64,000 nucleotides of DNA from an uncultured bacterium (lineage in GTDB: Bacteria > Fidelibacterota > Marinisomatia > Marinisomatales > UBA1611): NCBI GenBank assembly GCA_943788175.1, contig CALSPG010000005.1, positions 320,001 to 384,000 on the forward strand, given 5' to 3'. This document shows positions 18,375 to 28,110 of the stretch, in pieces. The notes beneath the pieces were generated by a model, which was not told the origin of the DNA, did no database searches, and saw nothing but the letters and a program-made list of their open reading frames with translations. The translations under genes were made by a program, and so were the position numbers. Every line of letters begins with the position of its first letter. Position 1 is the stretch's first letter.

Positions 18375-20603
18375 TTAAATACGAAACCTGTAATTAATAT
18401 TGAATCCTAGCCCGGGTTCAGGCATTATCATTTTAATTTTAGATAAATGATTATAATAGGTTTCATTTAATATATTAGATACTTGAAATATTAATTGATG
18501 CATGCTATTATTTTTACTAAAAGTATACGTACAGTTATAATTAAAAAGTTTGTATCCATTTGTTGGCGTTTCAAACTCACCAAGTTTATCTTGATTAGAA
18601 ACTAACAAAAATTCAAAAGTGTTATTTAAAAACAGAATATTTTTTTCTATTTGAAATCGAATCAAATCTGGAGGAATGTATGCCAGTGACATATCGTTCT
18701 GTAAATCTAAACCTCGACATATTGAGGCATTTCCTAATAGGTTAAAATATTTTAGATTAATCTTAAAATTTGGCTCAAACCCATAAATCAAGGTTTCAAG
18801 GCCAAATATTTTATATTTATATAACCAACCTGAAGACCCACTACCCCACTCAATCCAATCGGCCCCAGTTTCGTAACCATCTCCCATTTTTTGAAAAATG
18901 TGAAAATTAGAGCTATAGTTTATATAACTGGTAAGATTGAATTCATTTTTATCATTAAAAAAAGAAAAAGTATTTTCAAATCCTAATGTATTCTCCTGAT
19001 CAAGCTTTGGTTCGCCAATCTCATACGAATAGCTTCCTAGATGGGGACCATCAGAATATAGATCTTCGATTTTTGGAGCGCGGCTTGTGTACAGAATATG
19101 ATTGTATATTGAATAATTTTTTCTCTTATTTAGTGCTGATATACCAAAAGAAAACAATATAAAATCACGTTTTTTTACATCTTCGGGTTCAATATTAGAA
19201 AAGAAAGTATCTTCAACACTAGGGTTGATTGATCGGTATTCAATCCTTCCAGAAAATTGCAATTTAAGGTTATCATACTTTCTATTATTTATGCCAAATA
19301 CAGCTAATTTTGTTTCATTGGAATTTGGAGTCCATATAAAACCGCGTGTAAGGTAGTCTCTATTTTGATAGTTAATACCAATTTTTAATGTTTCTCCGCT
19401 CAGTAAAGCATTCAAATAAATAATATTTTGTCTCAAATCAACAGATGCATAATTAGCATCCTTAACAAATTCCTTGTGCCCATATCTAATGTATCCTTGT
19501 TCAATATCTAAAATATTAAATGAAAAAAGTTTAATATCGCTGTGATACATTAATTTTTGGCTTTGATTTTTTAGTTCTAAGTCAACTCCATTAATATGTC
19601 CCTCTGGACTTCCTGGGATTCCATAATCCATTGAAAAATCTTTTATTTGAAGGGAAGTGAAATTTTTGGCACCAAACTTTGTTACAGCTATTGAAAGGTC
19701 GTTTTTTATTAATGCTGTATTTTTTAGAGAACCCAAGGGAGAAGATTGATCATTAGATTTTCTATTAGTTATTGACGTAAAAAGTTGATAGGTGTTTAAT
19801 GGAATACTAATATTTGTTCCTAAAAGCTTTGACTGGTTCGAGCTCTCATGTCCAAAAAATACATTATATAAAGCTCGTTCTATCTTTTTTTGACTATTCA
19901 TTGGAGATAGTATGTTAATTATACCAGCAATAGTGTTTGACCCATAGGCTAAGGTCTCTGGTCCTCGCATTACTTCTATACCTTCTGCAGAAGAAATTTC
20001 CATGCTCACCGCGTGGTCGGCAGTAGTGTTAGATAAATCACCAAGTTCAAAACCATCAGAGGTAATTAGGAATCTATCCCCTGAGTATCCTCTTAGAATA
20101 GGTCTTTGGGTTGCTTGCCCGGATGATCTCATCGCAACACCAGACTCCCCAGTAAGAGTGGTCGCAAGGTCGCTATTAATGTTTTTTTTCAATCTACTAC
20201 CAATCATCGATATTGAAGATGGGGCTTTATTCTTATTGCTCTCTTCATGTGAATGGACTGTTACTCCGCTCATTTGGATTGTTTTAGGAGTCAAAAAAAC
20301 TTTGTATTTATTCTTTATATTTTTGTGACTTACAAATAAGGTTGTATCCTTGAACCCAATCATCGAAATCTTTATTTCATTTTTCTTTAAATTATCTAAA
20401 GAGAGTGAAAAAGTTCCTAATTCACTGGAGACTGTACCAAGATCACTATCTACAATATAAACATTAGCACCAGATATAGGTTTCAGATTACTATTGTCAA
20501 ATATTACTCCTTTAATTGATGCTACTTCTTGAGCAGAAAGTGAGTTGATAAAAAATAGAGCTATATATAGAGGTAGATAACGCACGAAAAGAAGGAGTAT
20601 CAT
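18375..20603 (-). CDS. TonB-dependent receptor, probably for metal (Zn/Ni/Co) uptake
   Basis: Signal peptide, carboxypeptidase-regulatory-like N-domain, plug RPILRG..DHAV..RGP..YGS, GPHL loop, NILNETYYNHLS, terminal aromatic beta-strand. Confidence 0.9.
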   Translation of the reverse strand: MILLLFVRYLPLYIALFFINSLSAQEVASIKGVIFDNSNLKPISGANVYIVDSDLGTVSSELGTFSLSLDNLKKNEIKISMIGFKDTTLFVSHKNIKNKYKVFLTPKTIQMSGVTVHSHEESNKNKAPSSISMIGSRLKKNINSDLATTLTGESGVAMRSSGQATQRPILRGYSGDRFLITSDGFELGDLSNTTADHAVSMEISSAEGIEVMRGPETLAYGSNTIAGIINILSPMNSQKKIERALYNVFFGHESSNQSKLLGTNISIPLNTYQLFTSITNRKSNDQSSPLGSLKNTALIKNDLSIAVTKFGAKNFTSLQIKDFSMDYGIPGSPEGHINGVDLELKNQSQKLMYHSDIKLFSFNILDIEQGYIRYGHKEFVKDANYASVDLRQNIIYLNALLSGETLKIGINYQNRDYLTRGFIWTPNSNETKLAVFGINNRKYDNLKLQFSGRIEYRSINPSVEDTFFSNIEPEDVKKRDFILFSFGISALNKRKNYSIYNHILYTSRAPKIEDLYSDGPHLGSYSYEIGEPKLDQENTLGFENTFSFFNDKNEFNLTSYINYSSNFHIFQKMGDGYETGADWIEWGSGSSGWLYKYKIFGLETLIYGFEPNFKINLKYFNLLGNASICRGLDLQNDMSLAYIPPDLIRFQIEKNILFLNNTFEFLLVSNQDKLGEFETPTNGYKLFNYNCTYTFSKNNSMHQLIFQVSNILNETYYNHLSKIKMIMPEPGLGFNINYRFRI

Positions 20604-20614
20604 AAAAAAACTAA

Positions 20615-20644
20615 AAGCTGCCCAGACATTGATCTAGGCAGCTT
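20615..20644 (-). terminator. Intercistronic terminator-like hairpin just before the receptor start
   Basis: Minus strand GCTGCCTAGA-TCAATG-TCTGGGCAGC followed by T-runs. Confidence 0.65.
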
Positions 20645-20662
20645 CTTGTCTAATTACTACGA

Positions 20663-21188
20663 TTAATTAACAGTTACTGTTACGTTATTTGTAGAGGTGT
20701 AGTCTGCATGACCATCGTGCATTAATTGGATTTGAAAGCTAGTGCTTCCTGAGCTCACCCCAATAATGTGTAAAGCAGCTCCATGTTCTTCTTCATGATC
20801 ATGATCGTGGCTCTTCTTCTTCATGTTCTACTTCGACTATAGCAATACTTGCATCAGAACCAGATACCTCGAGTTCGCCTTCTTCGTGTCCTTCTTCCTC
20901 TTCTTCTTCCTCATCATGTTCAATTTCATTTCCATCATGATCAAGAAAATGGACAGATAATTCAAGAGTGTCGCCGACACTTAAAGCGACAGAACCAGTT
21001 ACGGCGCCTTCAAACTCTCTATAAACTTCAGTTCCGCTTTCATTCTCTAAAATGAAACCATCTGCATCGGTATGTCCGTCATCGTTGTTATCATGGTCGT
21101 CGTCTTCACAACCAGTTATAAATAACATGGCACATGTAAGTGAAAAAATAGTATACGCTTTTAATGAACGTAAGAATAGTGTTTGCAT
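20663..21188 (-). CDS. His/Glu-rich lipoprotein, 1-nt frameshift near 20811
   Basis: Lipobox ITGC; acidic/His tracts; shifted frame continues HDHDHEEEHG...LMHDGHADY...VTVN* to 20663. Confidence 0.8.
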
Positions 21189-21254
21189 AAAATGCTCCTT
21201 TAAAATTTTAAAATAGAATTGTACTAATTTATTAGTACGAGTGTAATACTGTTT

Positions 21255-21602
21255 TTAGTTAAAGGATGAGGGGGGTGCCCTTGAGGGGATATTTAATTGG
21301 TTTAAAAGATTTTTGAAAACATGCTCATCAAAATAATACGAATTTTTTGTTTTTACATAGGTATTGATTTTATATGTGTCATTATATATTTTCTGGTTAT
21401 TCTGATTTCTTGTACACTTATCGCAATCAGCCTTTAAAACATGGTGATCTGATGAGTTACATTCAGGGTTACAGATACTGTATCCTTCTTCTTTTGTGTG
21501 GTCATGCTCAGAAATATGAAGACTACCAGAAAGGAGTAGAAATGATAACGTAATTTGGCAAAGTCCTTGCAAGATGTTTTTTATGTTATTTTTCTTATGC
21601 AT
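21255..21602 (-). CDS. His/Cys-rich leader protein ending in RAPP, copy B
   Basis: Hydrophobic N-terminus, HDH-GYSIC-x3-C-x4-HH-x5-CDKC, C-terminal SRAPPSSFN. Confidence 0.8.
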   Translation of the reverse strand: MHKKNNIKNILQGLCQITLSFLLLSGSLHISEHDHTKEEGYSICNPECNSSDHHVLKADCDKCTRNQNNQKIYNDTYKINTYVKTKNSYYFDEHVFKNLLNQLNIPSRAPPSSFN

Positions 21603-21690
21603 AAAAAGAGAGAACTAATTTAGTAATTAATACAAATAGAGTTACTATTCAAATTTTCACATTATAAAAATTAATTGCATTGTTTTAATA

Positions 21691-21715
21691 ATTGATATTG
21701 AGACTAAATATCAAT
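21691..21715. promoter_or_regulatory. Fur-family box
   Basis: ATTGATATT-N7-AATATCAAT; the central 19-mer matches GATAATGATAATCATTATC at 14/19. Confidence 0.6.
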
Positions 21716-21858
21716 ATGTGTATATTCACCTATTGGTTATTAAAATACAAAAATAAAAACAAATGGGTTCTGTTCTAAATTATAAGTAATACTTAAAATT
21801 GGTTCCAAAACTATGAATGGGACCCGTTTTGTTTTTTTAAATATTTAAAGGATAAAAA

Positions 21859-22374
21859 ATGGAAAAAATAGGTTTATTTTGGGGTAGTAATACTGGGAAT
21901 CAAGAAGAAGCGACAAACTTTCTTGCTGATTATTTAAAGTCATAACGCTGTCAGTTAGATTTGTATAATATTGTTGATACACCACCTTCAAAAATGTTGG
22001 AATATAAAAAACTATTAGTAGGTTGTCCGACTTGGCACATTGGGGAACTGCAAGACGATTGGGATGCAATATACGAAGAGTATAAAAAATTAGATTTTTC
22101 AAATGTTAAAGCTGCTTTTTTTGGATGCGGAGATTAAGTAGGCTACAGCGATAATTTCTTAGATGCTATCGGATTACTCGCGAAACCTTTTATTGGTAAT
22201 GGTGGAACATTAATTGGTCGTTGGCCAACAGAGGGTTATGAATTTGAGCATTCCTTAGCTTTAGATGGCGATGATTTTCTTGGTCTTGGATTGGATAATG
22301 ATAATGAAGAAGAATTAACAGAAGAGCGTTTAATTATTTGGGCTGAATTAATTAGAGATGAATTCGAATCATAG
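21859..22374 (+). pseudogene. fldA: Long-chain flavodoxin with two in-frame TAA stops
   Basis: GLFWGSNTGN, GCPTWHIGELQDDW, FFGCGD*VGYSDNFLDA, GLGLD; stops at 21943 and 22135. Confidence 0.9.
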
Positions 22375-22526
22375 CCAGCATATTTAAACCTCCTTTAAAC
22401 AAATCTTTTAATTACTCTTCATTAAAATGCTCTTTTAAAGAGTTAAGATTATAATATTTAGAAATGGGAAATATCATTATTCGTTAACCTTTTTGTGGCT
22501 TTTTTCTTTTTACGGTATATTCGACA

Positions 22527-23930
22527 ATGCGCCAATATGATCTGAAGAAATTTTATCCTTTAATACTAATATTTGTTTTTTGGTTTTTAAAACCACCTGA
22601 AGAATTAGATATAAATGGCTATCGCGTGTTTATCGTTTTTGTTTCTGTCATTTTTTCGATTTTATTGCAATCTATTCCGACAGCGGTGAGTGTCCTAACC
22701 GGTTTAACTTTTTCTGTTTTAACCGGATTAATGCCTTTAAAGTCTGCTTTGAAAGGCTATAGTGATTCAACAACATGGCTTGTCGTAATTGCATTTTTGA
22801 TTGCTGGTGCAATAATTAACTCAGGACTAGGTAACAGAATATCCCTTCTAAGTATATATTATCTTGGCCGGTCTATCACTGGTTTAGGTTATGCTATATG
22901 TTGTGCTGAGCTTATTTTAGGGCCAGTTGTGCCTTCAAATACAGCAAGGGGAGGTGGTATATTGGCACCAATCGTTGACTCGATTTCAAGGACGCTAGGA
23001 TCTTCACCAAATAGTAACCCTCGAAAAGCAGGGCAGTATCTCAATCTAGTTGGAGCTCACGCAAACTTAATCACGGCTGCTATGTTTTTGACTGGAATGG
23101 CAGCAAATCCTCTAGTATCCAGAGCAGCCTTAGAGGTTTTTGAAATTGAATTTGGCTGGCTAAAATGGGCGTTAGGAGCTATAGTCCCAGGACTAATTGG
23201 GTTAGCTGGGTTACCATTATTAATGAAGTATTTGTCTCCTCCAAGTATTGAATCAATCGAACCAGTTCGGATTAGAATAAATAAAGAGCTCCAAACGCTT
23301 GGTTCTTGGACTAGAGCTGAGATAATCACTGGAATTATAATGGTTCTGATGGTTTTTTTATGGTTGAGTAAAAGTTTTCATGGCTTTGGTACTACGATAG
23401 TAGCTCTAAGTGGACTTATGTTGATTCTATTTTTCAAAGTAGTCTCCTGGGATAACATGGTAAAAAATCATAAAGCCTGGGATACTCTAATCTGGCTAGG
23501 CGGACTATTAACGATAGCAACAAGTTTAAAAGAAGCTGGGTTTATTTTTTGGTTTTCTGGAATACTTGAAAATAGTTTATTAGATTTTTCTCCAATTTTA
23601 ATCACACTATCCTTAGCACTTATTTATTTCTATTCAATGTATTTATTTTCAATGTTAACAGCTCATATTGTTGCATTATCTGGTGCAATGTTTTTAATTG
23701 TACATAACTTGGGGTTTGAACCAATAATTATAATCTGTTTAATTGCATATTTTTCTAACTTGAGTGGTTGTCTAACTAATTATTCAACTGGGCCAATGAT
23801 TATTTATTTTGGGAATGGCTATGTCATGCCATCTGCATGGTTTAAGATTGGATTTATAGTTTCAATATACCACATAGTTGTCTGGCTTGGTATTGGTTCT
23901 ATCTGGTGGAAATTTCTTGGCTGGTGGTAA
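22527..23930 (+). CDS. DASS-family di/tricarboxylate transporter
   Basis: PSNTARGGG, FLTGMAANP, AWDTLIW; many TM segments. Confidence 0.9.
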   Translation: MRQYDLKKFYPLILIFVFWFLKPPEELDINGYRVFIVFVSVIFSILLQSIPTAVSVLTGLTFSVLTGLMPLKSALKGYSDSTTWLVVIAFLIAGAIINSGLGNRISLLSIYYLGRSITGLGYAICCAELILGPVVPSNTARGGGILAPIVDSISRTLGSSPNSNPRKAGQYLNLVGAHANLITAAMFLTGMAANPLVSRAALEVFEIEFGWLKWALGAIVPGLIGLAGLPLLMKYLSPPSIESIEPVRIRINKELQTLGSWTRAEIITGIIMVLMVFLWLSKSFHGFGTTIVALSGLMLILFFKVVSWDNMVKNHKAWDTLIWLGGLLTIATSLKEAGFIFWFSGILENSLLDFSPILITLSLALIYFYSMYLFSMLTAHIVALSGAMFLIVHNLGFEPIIIICLIAYFSNLSGCLTNYSTGPMIIYFGNGYVMPSAWFKIGFIVSIYHIVVWLGIGSIWWKFLGWW

Positions 23931-24117
23931 AAAATTCAATGGTGCATTTTGGATTATTTTAGATATGAAGAGCAATCTTAACGATTTAAATAATCAAAAA
24001 GATAGATATATATCTAATATAAATAGTTTTATGTAATAAAATTTTAAAAAGGGTTAATTAGTTCTCTTTATTAGAGAAAACAATTTTTAATTTGAGCGAT
24101 AATAATTTTAGAGAATA

Positions 24118-24795
24118 ATGATGGTTGATGTATTCGAGTTTATAAAAGAAAAAAGAGCAGATTTAAAAGATAATACAGATCGTTACCGCGTTATGATTGA
24201 ACCAAAATTCAAAGCATTATCTCAAAAATTGAATAGTAGTATCAGTAACACTTTGAATAACCCTTGGATGCTCAATTTACCATCGATTGATAAATCAAAT
24301 ATTTTTAAGAAAAAAGAGCCTATTTCAAATGAAAATATTAAAAAGGCCTACGATAAAATTAAAAACCGAGTAGGGGAAGAGATTTTAGTGGGGCAATGGG
24401 AAACGGTAAATCAAGATCAAATAAATAGGTTTGCGGATTTAACAGGAGACAATCAGTGGATTCACACGGATGTCGAAAAAGCCAAGATTGAATCGCCATT
24501 TAAATCAACAATAGCCCATGGGTTTTTGACTTTGTCACTAATTCCAAAATTAACAGAAAATTTTGACTTTGAAAGTATCCACCCCGGATTAAAAATGATC
24601 GTTAATTGTGGATTAAATCAAGTCCGCTTTCCATATCCTGTAAAGTCAGGCTCGAAAATAAGAGGAAGAGTAAAGATTACTAATTTGACTCCAAAAAAAA
24701 ATAATATTGAGCTAGTGAATGAAGTTAGTATAGAGGTTGAAGGAAGAAAACGATTCGGTTGTGTCGCTGAAACAGTCTTGAGATTATATTATTGA
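24118..24795 (+). CDS. MaoC-family dehydratase with N-terminal extension
   Basis: FADLTGDNQWIH, TIAHGFLTLS. Confidence 0.88.
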   Translation: MMVDVFEFIKEKRADLKDNTDRYRVMIEPKFKALSQKLNSSISNTLNNPWMLNLPSIDKSNIFKKKEPISNENIKKAYDKIKNRVGEEILVGQWETVNQDQINRFADLTGDNQWIHTDVEKAKIESPFKSTIAHGFLTLSLIPKLTENFDFESIHPGLKMIVNCGLNQVRFPYPVKSGSKIRGRVKITNLTPKKNNIELVNEVSIEVEGRKRFGCVAETVLRLYY

Positions 24796-25022
24796 ACTAA
24801 GTTCGTTATTTAAGTGATATTAACAATTTTAGAAGAAGAATAAATATTAAATCCTCTATTTTCAAAATTTTTGCTAGTTATAAAAATCTTCCTAAAAATG
24901 TACATCTATTATTTTTTTTAGAATTTAGCTTAAGCCTTATTCATGTCGCGTTTATCCTAATCCTTAACATTTATTTAAGAAAGAAGGGTTTCTCTGATCC
25001 TGAGATTGCTTCTTTTAATTCC

Positions 25023-26156
25023 TTGCGATTTGTTGGCGCGCTTACCTTTGCCTTACCACTAGGCATATATATCAGAGGGAAAAAATTAAAACCTTTCTTT
25101 GTTTTGTCTTCAATAGCGGTGCCTCTAACTAGTATAATGATTATTGAGTCAATTAGACTGTCTATTATACCTTTAATTCAGCTAGCATTCATCCTTTGGG
25201 GAATAGGCATGATGGTAATGCGAGTATGTTCATTGCCATTTATTATTAGAAGTACATCTGAAAAGAATAGCACTGAAGCTTTATCGCTAAGCGCATCGAC
25301 ATGGTCTCTTTCGACGATTTTTTCAGGCTTGATGATATCTGGTCTCGATTGGATTTCTAGTTTAGAAATAGTTGACAATAAATTTTCATTTTCAGAATAC
25401 AATATTTTATGGATTATTACAATAATTGGATTATCATCTTATTCTTTTGCAATGAAAATTGATGAAAGTGGAGAGGGTAAACCGATAAAAAAAAGTGGTA
25501 TTTTTTCATTACATAAAAATTATGATTGGAAAATAATATTTAGAGCACTTTCGCCTTTGATTCTTATTTCCATTGGAGCTGGATTAACAATACCATTTGT
25601 TAATTTATTTTTTAATTCAGTTTTTGGTCTTAGTTCAAGCAATTTTAGTTTGCTAGGTAGTATCACAGCTATTTTAGTTTTTATATTTTCTTTATTAGTC
25701 CCAACTCTGAGAAAAAAATATGGTTATTGGGCAACAATTGTTGTTGTCCAAAGCTTTGCTATAATATTTTTAATCATTATGTCGCTGACAGAATTATACG
25801 CGAATCATAGCTATGCTTTATTTGTCGCTATTTCAGCTTATATATTGAGGCAACCTTTAATGCATATGGCTCACCCTGCTTCTAATGAGCTAATGATGAA
25901 CTTTGTGGGTAAAAAAAATCAAGAATTAATTAGTGCATTAAGTTCAAGTTTATGGAGCGCTTCATGGTTCATTAGTGCCAAAATATTTGAATGGCTAAGA
26001 CTACTGGACTTCAGATATTATGAAATATTTTCAATAACGGCTGCTTTTTATATAGCGGGTGTTATTCTTTTTGGTTTTATTATAAATGAATATGAAAAAA
26101 ACAAAAATAAGTCTAAACCTGTCTTGCCAATTGCTGAAGAGTTATCAATCGATTAG
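25023..26156 (+). CDS. MFS transporter; the true start is probably upstream (frame open to ~24840)
   Basis: Multiple TM segments, GAGLTIPFVNLFF. Confidence 0.8.
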   Translation: MRFVGALTFALPLGIYIRGKKLKPFFVLSSIAVPLTSIMIIESIRLSIIPLIQLAFILWGIGMMVMRVCSLPFIIRSTSEKNSTEALSLSASTWSLSTIFSGLMISGLDWISSLEIVDNKFSFSEYNILWIITIIGLSSYSFAMKIDESGEGKPIKKSGIFSLHKNYDWKIIFRALSPLILISIGAGLTIPFVNLFFNSVFGLSSSNFSLLGSITAILVFIFSLLVPTLRKKYGYWATIVVVQSFAIIFLIIMSLTELYANHSYALFVAISAYILRQPLMHMAHPASNELMMNFVGKKNQELISALSSSLWSASWFISAKIFEWLRLLDFRYYEIFSITAAFYIAGVILFGFIINEYEKNKNKSKPVLPIAEELSID

Positions 26157-26219
26157 AAAATAATGTTGGATAAGTTCTACTTGAGAATCATATATTTTAT
26201 AAACACTTAGGAGTTAATT

Positions 26220-26519
26220 ATGAAAAATCTGTTATTACCCATATTATTATTCTCATTCTTATTTGCTGAAGGTAATAAAGTTAATTTAAAAATTGATGGT
26301 ATGAAGTGCGCATACAGTTGTGCAGGAAAAGTATCCAAAGTTGTTCAAAATATAAAAGGTGTAGAAGAGTGTAAGGTAGATTTTGCCTCTGGTACAGCTG
26401 AGGTGGTTTATGATGATAAGAAAATTAATTCAAAGAAAATTGTAAATTTTTTGAACAACGAAACATATTACAAAGCATCAATTCAAGACAAAAAAGATTC
26501 GAAAGATAATTCAATTTAA
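26220..26519 (+). CDS. Exported heavy-metal-associated (HMA) domain protein
   Basis: Signal peptide, IDGMKCAYSC, GVEECKVDF. Confidence 0.85.
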   Translation: MKNLLLPILLFSFLFAEGNKVNLKIDGMKCAYSCAGKVSKVVQNIKGVEECKVDFASGTAEVVYDDKKINSKKIVNFLNNETYYKASIQDKKDSKDNSI

Positions 26520-26538
26520 TGTTGAATGTTTAATTTTT

Positions 26539-26565
26539 AAAACCCCGCTTTAAGCGGGGTTTTTT
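26539..26565 (+). terminator. Intrinsic terminator
   Basis: AAAACCCCGCT-TTA-AGCGGGGTTTTTT. Confidence 0.85.
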
Positions 26566-26591
26566 GTTTAAAACTTAGCCATGGAATCAAA

Positions 26592-27236
26592 GTGTGTGGT
26601 AGATACGTAAATAAAAACACTAAGGAAGAAATAATCGAGTTTTTTGGTTCAGAAATTGAGCTTAATGAACCAAATACACTTAAACCCAGTTACAATATCT
26701 GCCCTACTCAGCTTGCTCCGATTTTAAGGGTTGCTTCTAGTGGTATGAAATTAGAAAATATGCATTGGGGTTTGATTCCTTCATGGTCTAAAGATAAAAA
26801 GTATGCATCTAATTTAATTAATGCTCGGTTGGAAACTCTAAATGATAAACCTAGTTTTAAAGGTTTAGTGAAAAATCATAGGTGCATAGTCGTCGCTAGT
26901 GGATATTATGAGTGGGTAAATACACAAAATGGAAAGCAACCTATGTACATACATTCAAATCAATCTGTTTTGCCTTTAGCTGGCCTATGGACTCGTTGGG
27001 GAAATGTGAACTCATTCACTATAGTCACACAGAATTCTTTTAGTCACCTAAAAACACTTCACCATAGAATGCCTTTAATATTAAATAATTCAAGTATCTT
27101 AACATATCTAGATGATAGTATTGAATTTAAGAACTCGTATAAATTGTCCATAGATGGAATTCAATATCACAAAGTTTCAAAAATAGTTAATTCGGTTAAG
27201 TATAATAATGATGCTTGCATAAAAAGTATAGATTAA
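26592..27236 (+). CDS. SRAP (YedK/HMCES) family abasic-site protein
   Basis: N-terminal CGRY, YNICPT, WGLIP, NAR.ET, GYYEW, H.RMP. Confidence 0.93.
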   Translation: MCGRYVNKNTKEEIIEFFGSEIELNEPNTLKPSYNICPTQLAPILRVASSGMKLENMHWGLIPSWSKDKKYASNLINARLETLNDKPSFKGLVKNHRCIVVASGYYEWVNTQNGKQPMYIHSNQSVLPLAGLWTRWGNVNSFTIVTQNSFSHLKTLHHRMPLILNNSSILTYLDDSIEFKNSYKLSIDGIQYHKVSKIVNSVKYNNDACIKSID

Positions 27237-27326
27237 CATTTTTATAATGATTATTCTTTAGGAATAAAATTAAAGAAAATTCTACTTTTTTTGAACTTCA
27301 CATTTTAGATAATTATTGGAGGTTTT

Positions 27327-28019
27327 ATGTATAAATATTTATCAGCTATTTTAGTTTTATTTTTTATTTCATGTTCTGGATCAAAACCAAAAATGTTATT
27401 ACCAGAGAAGGTTTCTCCTGATGTCTATGAGGTTCTATTAGATAATGAAACAGTAAAAGTCATGAAAGTTAGTTTTGCACCTGGGCAGAGTGACAGTATG
27501 CATGATCACTACCCATTTACATTTCACCTCTTAGACGGTGGTAAAGCTCAGGTCACAATGCCAGATGGTACAATAAATGAAAGACAAATTCCTGGGGGAT
27601 TTACAGGACACAACGGGCAGGGTGTTCGTCATCAAGTTAAAAATATTGGATCAGAAGAAATTAACATTATTTTGATTGAACATAAAAAATTAGGCTCTAT
27701 GCCATCTTTTAATACTGATGAAAGCTTTGCTCCTCAAAAAGTATCTCCCGAAATTTATGAGGTAGTTCATGAAGATGAAAAAATTAAAATATATTTAGCT
27801 TCATTTGCTGCAGGTAAAAGTGATAAAGTGCATGAGCATGGTCCAAATACCGCCTATATAATAAACGGAGGGATTGTAAAAGTAGTAGGAGCAGATGGTT
27901 CTATTAGCGAACGATCATTCCAGGATGGTGCAGTTTCTTTTTCAGATAATGTAGTTAGACATCAGGTTGAAAATATTGGAAGTACGAACATAAAAGTATT
28001 AATTGCAGAATATAAATAA
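27327..28019 (+). CDS. Tandem-cupin lipoprotein
   Basis: Lipobox ISC; two repeats with HxH...RHQV.NIG. Confidence 0.78.
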   Translation: MYKYLSAILVLFFISCSGSKPKMLLPEKVSPDVYEVLLDNETVKVMKVSFAPGQSDSMHDHYPFTFHLLDGGKAQVTMPDGTINERQIPGGFTGHNGQGVRHQVKNIGSEEINIILIEHKKLGSMPSFNTDESFAPQKVSPEIYEVVHEDEKIKIYLASFAAGKSDKVHEHGPNTAYIINGGIVKVVGADGSISERSFQDGAVSFSDNVVRHQVENIGSTNIKVLIAEYK

Positions 28020-28110
28020 TGTTATTTTTAATGATTTATACCTTAAAAATAAAAATCAATCATTTGAATCTTTCGCTTTTGATTTTTAAATATTTCTAAT
28101 AATATCCAGC

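Noticed and set aside
21943-22137. TAA recoded as Gln (alternative genetic code)
   Set aside because: TAA is the normal stop of many intact genes in this window
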